From Promethearchaeota archaeon (GTDB lineage: Archaea > Asgardarchaeota > Odinarchaeia > Odinarchaeales > JBHLKK01), in assembly GCA_048939465.1 (NCBI GenBank), contig JBHLPL010000070.1:1-10282 (forward strand): a stretch of 10,282 nt of DNA. The letters run 5' to 3'. Below, in pieces: positions 1 to 5,812 of the stretch (its first letter is position 1; every line of letters starts with the position of its first letter). A program made the position numbers and the translations under genes. The notes under the pieces are model-generated. The model did no database searches. It was not told where the DNA came from and saw only the letters and a program-made list of their open reading frames with translations.

Positions 1-5
1 AGAAT

Positions 6-476
6 ATGCAAAATGAGCTTGAAAAAAGAAAAAGGTTATTGAAGCTTACGGGTGATTTGTTCAACTCAATTATCAAAGGTCTGAATCAGGTCGATTTAGA
101 GACCAAAAAGAAGATCATGGAACTGTGTGGCGAGGCTTGCGCAAGAGATGGTCTTTCTGGTGGCGGACTCGATATTGCAAGAAGAATAGCTGAGCTAGAG
201 AATGAGGAAGAGAGAATCCTTGAGAGGGCCAACAAGGAAATCAGTTGGTGTGCAACTTGGACTCGAGAAGGTAATACAATCCAGTCCGTATGCAGTGAAT
301 GTGGTTGTCCGCTCGTGAGGAATGGAATAGTCGATCTGACAGGAACATTCTGTTACTGTTCGCGGGGATGGGTGAAAAAGATTTTTGAAACGTTGCTGAA
401 AAGATCCGTAGATGTTGAGTTGGAGAAATCCATAGGCAACGGAGACAAGGTGTGCAAATTCATAGTCCACATTTAG
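6..476 (+). CDS. Cys-rich V4R-like / DUF6144-family protein (putative metal- or small-ligand-binding), 156 aa
   Basis: Nine Cys in CGEAC, SWC, CSECGCP, FCYCSRGW and a C-terminal 'VELEKSIGNGDKVCKF', which matches the V4R-type 'C..G...C.F' ending. The frame is open to the window edge, so the true start could lie upstream. Confidence 0.65.
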   Translation: MQNELEKRKRLLKLTGDLFNSIIKGLNQVDLETKKKIMELCGEACARDGLSGGGLDIARRIAELENEEERILERANKEISWCATWTREGNTIQSVCSECGCPLVRNGIVDLTGTFCYCSRGWVKKIFETLLKRSVDVELEKSIGNGDKVCKFIVHI

Positions 477-493
477 ATTTCAGATTCTAGGTT

Positions 494-511
494 AAGAGAA
501 AAAAGAGAGAA
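494..511 (-). terminator. Oligo-T (archaeal intrinsic) terminator candidate for the PadR-ABC operon
   Basis: The minus strand reads TTCTCTCTTTTTTCTCTT immediately after the ATPase TGA, in the short gap between convergent genes. Confidence 0.45.
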
Positions 512-1264
512 TCAGTGATTCTTCTCAGTTTTTACTATTCTTCCGTCTTCCATCGCCCATCTGTGCTTTGCTCTAGCCCCTACTTTTGGGTCGTGTGTAA
601 CTATGACGATTGTTTTGCTCAGCTCTCTGTTCAGTCTGTCCATCATATCCATTATTTCTTGTCCAGTTCTTGAGTCTAGTTCGCCCGTTAATTCGTCTCC
701 CAAAATGATCGGAGGATCACTTACCAGCGCTCGGGCTATGGCGACTCTTTGTCTTTCTCCACCGCTTAGCTGTCCAGGTTTGTGATTTAGTCTATCGCCT
801 AAATCCATCAGTTCTAAATCCTTTATTGCTCTCTCCTTGTCTTCCCTTTTAATTCCGTAAGGCATTATCGGGACCAGAACATTGTCTAGTGCACTTAATG
901 TAGGGATGAGGTGAAAGTCCTGAAAGACAAAACCTATTTTGTCTCTGCGCAGCGAGGTTAATTTTCTTTCAGGTAGATTTGTGATATCCATGCCGTCCAG
1001 GATAATAGTGCCGCTAGTTGGCCTATCTAAAGCTCCGATTATATTCAGTAAAGTCGTCTTACCGCTTCCTGAAGGGCCCATTATGGAGATGTAATCGCCT
1101 TTTGTTACGGAGATTGTGATATTGTCTAAAGCCCTTATCTCAGTCTCTCCTAAGTGAAAGACTTTCGTAACATTCTTACATTGGATTTCAATTTCGCTGT
1201 TTATATCTGTACTTCCAACAATGTCCTTATCTGCTTTTGATGTTTTTGCGTCAGCGCTGCCCAT
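512..1264 (-). CDS. ABC transporter ATP-binding protein, LolD/MacB (type VII) family
   Basis: Walker A GPSGSGKT, Q-loop FVFQDF, signature LSGGERQRVAIARAL, Walker B IILGDE, H-loop IVTHD. ATG at 1264 is preferred over GTG at 1273: it has SD GAGGTGA 5 nt upstream and lies 1 nt after the permease TAA (translational coupling). Confidence 0.95.
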   Translation of the reverse strand: MGSADAKTSKADKDIVGSTDINSEIEIQCKNVTKVFHLGETEIRALDNITISVTKGDYISIMGPSGSGKTTLLNIIGALDRPTSGTIILDGMDITNLPERKLTSLRRDKIGFVFQDFHLIPTLSALDNVLVPIMPYGIKREDKERAIKDLELMDLGDRLNHKPGQLSGGERQRVAIARALVSDPPIILGDELTGELDSRTGQEIMDMMDRLNRELSKTIVIVTHDPKVGARAKHRWAMEDGRIVKTEKNH

Positions 1265-1265
1265 T

Positions 1266-2402
1266 TTACTCACCTCTCAATATCTCGACAGGCGATACCT
1301 TTGAGGCTTTGTAAGCAGGATACAATCCTCCGATAACGCCCAGAACAACCACAAAGACCGATATCAGTACTACTGTTTGAACGTTTAACGGATTGATTGA
1401 AATTGCCCCAAATCCTTGAGTAAATTGCAGGAATATAACTGCGAGGCTGAAGCCGATTATGCCCCCAATCGCTGTTACTATTAGAGACTCGTAGACTATG
1501 TCTTTTATCACGTGTCTGTTCTGCCAGCCTGTCGCTTTAAGTGTTGCGAACTCTTTCATTCTCTCGATAACACTCATCAGCATTGCGACAATGATACTCA
1601 TTCCACCGGCAATCCCTGCGATTAGTGATATAGCCAAAACCATAATGCTCATAGTACCTGTGAATTGAGTTATTAGTTCCAATTGCTCCTCGAATAAAAC
1701 TAACTCTACCAGTAAACCTTCTTCATCAATGATGCTATTGATTTCATTCTTAATATACTCTACATTATCAGGGCTATCTGATTTGATTAACAGAACACTA
1801 TAAGTATCGTTGGTGGTACCGGCTTTGAATTTTCTGACTGTATCAAGCGTCGTATATATATTCATCATCTCCAAGAGATTTGGCGGCTCGTAAAATCCGA
1901 CTATTGTAAGATTAACCCACTCGTAAGATGGTGTTAGGAATGGTATCTCATCGTTGATTTCTACCTCGCCAAATGAAGCTGCAGTCTTACTTACGATGCA
2001 TTGATTATCGTTTTGGAATACTATGCCCTCTGCAATAGCAGAGGTGGCTCCTCCAACTGCCGTGTCATTTTGAATGTTTATCCCGACTAGTTGTGGATTG
2101 AATTGCCCTGTCCCTAAGCTGACTTCAGCAATTACCTGAGCCGAATATGCTTCAATATGGTCTATTTCGGTAATATTTGCTAGGTCGGTTAGATTGAACT
2201 GACTCGTGGAATAAAGTTGCCCTTGCTGCTGGACAATTATCAGATCAAGACTTTCCGCAGCAAATTGATTTACCTGATCTGTAATGGTGGACCCTATTGC
2301 CGACATCGTTGTCATTAAAGTCACTCCGATAGCGACTCCTATTATCGACAGGATTGCTATGCTTTTTCTTCTGAAGGCGTTCTTAACTGCAAATCTGAAC
2401 AT
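1266..2402 (-). CDS. ABC transporter permease, MacB/FtsX family, 378 aa
   Basis: N-terminal 'FAVKNAFRRKSIAILSIIGVAIGV' TM helix, a large extracytoplasmic domain, then 'IIVAMLMSVIERMKEFATLKATGW' and three more TM helices ending 'GLYPAYKASKVSPVEILRGE'. SD AGGGGGT lies 9 nt upstream. Adjacent to its ATPase. Confidence 0.95.
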   Translation of the reverse strand: MFRFAVKNAFRRKSIAILSIIGVAIGVTLMTTMSAIGSTITDQVNQFAAESLDLIIVQQQGQLYSTSQFNLTDLANITEIDHIEAYSAQVIAEVSLGTGQFNPQLVGINIQNDTAVGGATSAIAEGIVFQNDNQCIVSKTAASFGEVEINDEIPFLTPSYEWVNLTIVGFYEPPNLLEMMNIYTTLDTVRKFKAGTTNDTYSVLLIKSDSPDNVEYIKNEINSIIDEEGLLVELVLFEEQLELITQFTGTMSIMVLAISLIAGIAGGMSIIVAMLMSVIERMKEFATLKATGWQNRHVIKDIVYESLIVTAIGGIIGFSLAVIFLQFTQGFGAISINPLNVQTVVLISVFVVVLGVIGGLYPAYKASKVSPVEILRGE

Positions 2403-2430
2403 GCTCTTTGTACCCCCTAATATCTCTTAA

Positions 2431-2982
2431 TTAACCTAATCTCTCGGTTGTTTCTTCAATCTTCTTGGCAATGCCAACTAGCAGAGTTTTAACCTCTTCC
2501 AGCGTCTCTTCAGTAGGATTCTCAAACAATGCATTTCTAAGGTGAAATATTGATTTCATTAGGCGACCTAACGATCTCCTAATCTCAGCTCTTTTCTCGG
2601 AATCGATATCACATCCAAAATGATTGAACAGGAAGGGGCCCAGGAAAAGGGGAGCGGTTTTCCTATCCCCTCCTCTGATCTTTTCCTGTTCTTCGAGGAA
2701 TTTCTTGCCTTCCTCTGTTATTTGATAGCGTTTTTTCCCGCTCTTGTCCTTCGGTATTTCCGCTACATACCCGTAATCCTGCAACAAGGAAAGGAGAGGA
2801 TAGACCGATCCTGGACTCGGCTTCCATCGTCCCTCTGTCTCCTCTTCGATTATCTCCATTATCTCTGATCCAGAAAGGGGCTTGTCAGCAAGAAGTTTAA
2901 GCATATAAAACCTAAGGAAACCCTTCGGAACACTGGCCATATGCCTTCGCCAAAATGGGAGTCGTGGTGGCGGCAAATTCAT
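2431..2982 (-). CDS. PadR-family transcriptional regulator, 183 aa
   Basis: wHTH motifs 'LRFYMLKLLADKPLSGSEIM', 'WKPSPGSVYPLLSLL', 'KKRYQITEEGKKFL' and a C-terminal helical dimerisation region. SD AGGAGA lies 8 nt upstream. First gene of the ABC operon. Confidence 0.93.
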   Translation of the reverse strand: MNLPPPRLPFWRRHMASVPKGFLRFYMLKLLADKPLSGSEIMEIIEEETEGRWKPSPGSVYPLLSLLQDYGYVAEIPKDKSGKKRYQITEEGKKFLEEQEKIRGGDRKTAPLFLGPFLFNHFGCDIDSEKRAEIRRSLGRLMKSIFHLRNALFENPTEETLEEVKTLLVGIAKKIEETTERLG

Positions 2983-2997
2983 GTTTCATGTCTCCTA

Positions 2998-3037
2998 ATA
3001 TCACATCCGATATCAGTGTTGATATCAAATGTGATAT
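2998..3037. promoter_or_regulatory. Tandem palindromic operator (2 x ATATC-N6-GATAT), probable PadR autoregulatory site
   Basis: Box 1 at 2998-3013 is ATATCACATCCGATAT and box 2 at 3022-3037 is ATATCAAATGTGATAT. Together they form an inverted repeat with 17-bp arms (15/17 match), lying between the TATA box and the SD. Confidence 0.75.
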
Positions 3038-3051
3038 ATTTAAATCTTTTG
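3037..3051 (-). promoter_or_regulatory. Archaeal promoter (BRE + TATA) of the padR-ABC operon
   Basis: The minus strand reads CCAAAAGA-TTTAAATA, with the TATA box at 3044-3037 preceded by a purine-rich BRE-like stretch, about 55 nt upstream of the ATG. Confidence 0.7.
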
Positions 3052-3284
3052 GTAAGTTCGGCAAACCGTTAAGAAGACGCCGATTCCGACAGCTCTGACC
3101 GACCGTTCCTTATTAACTTTTTGCAGCTCTTGACGGATCAGTAGTTAATGAATATTAATTGAGATTGAAAGAGACAAATATCTTAGCCGTATGTCTTAAT
3201 AATTCAAAATCTAAACAAGCAGTTTCTATTTGACACCCTAAAAGAAGATCAAATGAGGCTTATCAGGCTGGCGAGTATGAGTGT

Positions 3285-3905
3285 TTACTTGGAATTCCTT
3301 TTTACGTAGACTTCACAGTCTTTCTTAAACCTGCAACTGCCACACTTACGAACCTTGTCTGTGGGCTCTGGTCTTCGGTCCCCATTGATGATCCCTAATA
3401 TCCTCTTAACAGAATCCAGAACGTTCATCCTATGTTCGGGAGAGAAGAATTCCCTCCAGACGAATCTCAAAGTATCCCTGTGCCTAAGACAAGCAACCAG
3501 GGGTCTTTTAGGCGAGAATCGCTCCTGAAAAGCTAAGCAATACCCCCAAACCTGCTTCTTGTTCGTAATAAATGGATAATCGTTGGGCTTATCATCGATG
3601 ATAAAGATTTGGTTGGGCATCAACCAGACTTCATCAATGGTACCGTACAAGTAATTGCCTACAACAGGAAGTTCCCGGCTGATAAGAGTGACTTTCTCCT
3701 TCTTTGACTTTTCAAGAGCAGCATCAACCGATAGTTCGAGATCTGCCCTTTTCCGATGCTCCTCTTCTAAAAGCCTATGAACCTCCCGACCTAAACACAT
3801 CTGCGGTGTAGGCTTGGCCTCAACACCTTTTACATGCTCTAGGAATATTTGATACTCGCAATAAGCCTGGGTGTGCAACAGACTTATTGGAACCTTATCC
3901 TCCAT
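3285..3905 (-). CDS. cas4: Solo Cas4-like PD-(D/E)XK exonuclease with a predicted [4Fe-4S] cluster, 206 aa
   Basis: N-terminal Cys (AYCEY) plus C-terminal CxxC-x5-C (KCGSCRFKKDC), 'GREVH', motif II GTIDEV, motif III IIDDKP and QxxxY (QVWGY). No other cas genes or repeats in the window. Confidence 0.88.
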   Translation of the reverse strand: MEDKVPISLLHTQAYCEYQIFLEHVKGVEAKPTPQMCLGREVHRLLEEEHRKRADLELSVDAALEKSKKEKVTLISRELPVVGNYLYGTIDEVWLMPNQIFIIDDKPNDYPFITNKKQVWGYCLAFQERFSPKRPLVACLRHRDTLRFVWREFFSPEHRMNVLDSVKRILGIINGDRRPEPTDKVRKCGSCRFKKDCEVYVKRNSK

Positions 3906-3930
3906 TTAAAACAAGAAATGGCCATAAGAA

Positions 3931-3942
3931 AGTATAAATCTT
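3931..3942 (-). promoter_or_regulatory. TATA box for a probably leaderless cas4 transcript
   Basis: The minus strand reads AAGATTTATACT. TTTATA (3938-3933) ends 27 nt before the ATG and there is no SD, which is the spacing expected for leaderless archaeal mRNA. Confidence 0.55.
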
Positions 3943-4055
3943 ACCAATTACCAATTATGTCGGCTTGGAATTGTCCAGTACTAGCTGCAAGAGCTGGATT
4001 TGGGCGCCAAAAATCAAACAGTAAATCTCTTGTTTTTATTCCGCGATGTGGAATC

Positions 4056-4315
4056 TTAATAATCGAATAAAAATAAGCACTTGCCACCGCAATAGACACG
4101 GAATCCACTGTCAATTCCGGGCCCATAATAGACGACTACCTTACCTGATATCCCGTACTCGCGCCAGAAGCGAAGTTCATAACAAGGCTTTTTCGATGGC
4201 CCCGGCCAGCAAACCAAGAGTTCCCAGCAGGAGAAGCATGCGTAATTACTGGTAGCAACGAAAGGGAGATTAATGTAACGAAAATCAGGCCAAAAATCAG
4301 CTCAGTTCTCCTCAG
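4056..4315 (-). pseudogene. Frameshifted, truncated 5' relic of a secreted DUF2341-type (LamG-associated) surface-protein gene
   Basis: From CTG at 4315 (SD GAGGGA 9 nt upstream) it reads (L/M)RRTELIFGLIFVTLISLSLLPVITHA-SPAGNSWFAGRGHRKSLVMNFASGASTGYQVR* (TAG 4138-4136). A 1-nt shift near 4140 continues VVVYYGPGIDSGFRVYCGGKC. Joined, this matches the recalled DUF2341-protein N-terminus pattern W.GW.YRKS.....A.GAGT.YQVK..VHYG.G.D.G..VY..G.C. Similarity stops near 4077. Confidence 0.65.
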
Positions 4316-4372
4316 GTAGGCTCTTCCCTCTTCTAGGACTACTCGAATATTGAGGGCCTTAGAATAAATAGC

Positions 4373-5197
4373 TTATGTCTGACATTTAGGACAGATGTAG
4401 CTTTTGGTGCTTCCCACTCTGAGTTCTTCGATTGGCGTTTTGCACGTAGGACAGGGCTCGCCTATTCGGTATCCAACATGAGGCCATCCCCGTCTTTTCC
4501 CCCACAGCCCTCGATTCCCCCACACATCCCGTTCACCGGGACCCGGACCCCACCGAATTCCCTCCTTCAAGATCTGCTGGATTGCACTATGCAGCTTTTC
4601 AATATCAGCTGAGCTGAGTGTGTTCGCTTTCCGATCAGGATGAAGCTTCGCATACCATAGAATGTCCTGAACATAGACGTTACCTATGCCTGCGATAAAC
4701 CTTTGATCCAGTAAGTAACTTTTGATGCGCCCTCGCTTCCCCTCCAACATGGAAGCAAGCTTCTCTGCAGTGAATTCTTCATCAAGCGGTTCGGGCCCAA
4801 GAGTGCCCAACTGAGGATGCTGCGAAAGTCTATCCGCCTCTATGAGATGTACGTAGCCAAACCACCAGAAGTTCACCCACAGCTGATCGTTGTCGGACAG
4901 GAAGAAGGCAACGCGTTCTCTTTTGGGATTATGAACTTCAATCGGACGATGGAGACGAACCTCGCCTCCCATTCCAAGATTTAGAGCCAATAGCAAATCA
5001 CCGTCAAGTCTGCAAAGGACCCATTTTCCTCGTTGCCAAATCTTTTGAAAAGAACGTCCTTTGACAGCCTGCTGAAAGGATTGAACGGAGCGATTCAGCA
5101 CTTTTGGTTGGTGGACCACAGAGTCGAAGATTGACCGACCAGAAAGGGCCTGATGCATACTCTTCGCAAGAATGGCGATATCTGGTAGTTCAGGTAT
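4373..5197 (-). CDS. mutM: Fpg/Nei-family DNA glycosylase/AP lyase, 274 aa, starting at an ATA codon
   Basis: Extending the 5158 ORF upstream gives ATA-CCT-GAA-CTA-CCA-GAT = (M)PELPD, the catalytic N-terminus. SD AAGGAGTGA lies 6 nt upstream and an in-frame TGA at 5206-5204 excludes earlier starts. Also QRGK, H2TH 'LLDQRFIAGIGNVYVQDIL' and the Zn finger CPTC...CPKCQ. Confidence 0.9.
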   Translation of the reverse strand: MPELPDIAILAKSMHQALSGRSIFDSVVHQPKVLNRSVQSFQQAVKGRSFQKIWQRGKWVLCRLDGDLLLALNLGMGGEVRLHRPIEVHNPKRERVAFFLSDNDQLWVNFWWFGYVHLIEADRLSQHPQLGTLGPEPLDEEFTAEKLASMLEGKRGRIKSYLLDQRFIAGIGNVYVQDILWYAKLHPDRKANTLSSADIEKLHSAIQQILKEGIRWGPGPGERDVWGNRGLWGKRRGWPHVGYRIGEPCPTCKTPIEELRVGSTKSYICPKCQT

Positions 5198-5359
5198 AAG
5201 ATTTCACTCCTTATTTGTGGGCATGTTTGCTGGGAAACTCAACGGTATTGAATGATGCAGAGTTCAATATTAATCTTGAGGATATGCCAAAAAGGAGACA
5301 TTTAATCCATACGAACAAATGACGCTTCCCAGCACGTCGAACAGGAAAAGGGTCAATTC

Positions 5360-5368
5360 TTTTATACT
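5360..5368 (+). promoter_or_regulatory. TATA box for a probably leaderless transcript of the 5393 gene
   Basis: TTTTATACT ends about 26 nt before ATG 5393, there is no SD, and the TTTATACT core is identical to the cas4 promoter. Confidence 0.5.
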
Positions 5369-5392
5369 ATTCCCACGCTGAAAATAGAATAC

Positions 5393-5710
5393 ATGAACAG
5401 TCCTAACCATTTTCTTGGCATAGTTAAGAGAGGAGAGGATCCTTCAAAGGGGCTACAATTGCAGATTTTGGCCCCTGATTCCGAATCTGGCCATTTCAGA
5501 AGGCTGACGAGTATTCAGATGCAAGAAGCACGTCCACCAGAGGCTGGCGAACTAGATCTTGCCGAATATGAGGGGAAAGCCATCATGGTTAACGGTCTTA
5601 ATGGAGGAAGGTGGATTTATTCAGCATCCATAGTTGATGTAGCCGGGCCGATACTAACTGCTACGGTGAATAAGTTATTTGGAGAAACTGCATTTCCTTC
5701 AAAGCCGTAG
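5393..5710 (+). CDS. Hypothetical protein, 105 aa (probably a small beta-rich fold)
   Basis: Stand-alone ORF filling the gap between fpg and the propeller gene, with a TATA box at leaderless distance and globular composition ('ELDLAEYEGKAIMVNG..GG.WIYSA.IVD.AGPILT'). No function recognised. Confidence 0.7.
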   Translation: MNSPNHFLGIVKRGEDPSKGLQLQILAPDSESGHFRRLTSIQMQEARPPEAGELDLAEYEGKAIMVNGLNGGRWIYSASIVDVAGPILTATVNKLFGETAFPSKP

Positions 5711-5812
5711 ATATGACTCAGACTTCATTGCCATAGACAAGCTGTTAGGATTAGGCAGGAAACCGAATCTTGTTCTGCGGTGGTCCAAGAAACAAGATGA
5801 AAAATGCAGGCT

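Noticed and set aside
195-2868. ORFs 195-470 (-), 603-785 (+) and 2620-2868 (+)
   Set aside because: Antisense shadows of the V4R-like, ATPase and PadR genes.
3060-3284. 225-bp spacer between cas4 and the padR promoter as an ncRNA or IS remnant
   Set aside because: No tRNA, C/D-box or terminal-inverted-repeat structure could be supported. There are only weak short repeats (cagctct x2).
3849-4255. ORFs 3849-4070 (+), 3941-4126 (-) and 4046-4255 (+) as independent genes
   Set aside because: They have no recognisable motifs or ribosome-binding context and overlap cas4 or the DUF2341 relic, which explains the region better.
5228-5334. 9-bp inverted repeat TGCTGGGAA...TTCCCAGCA as MITE ends
   Set aside because: Too short, with no target-site duplication and no second copy or transposase in the window. 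Compatible with chance.
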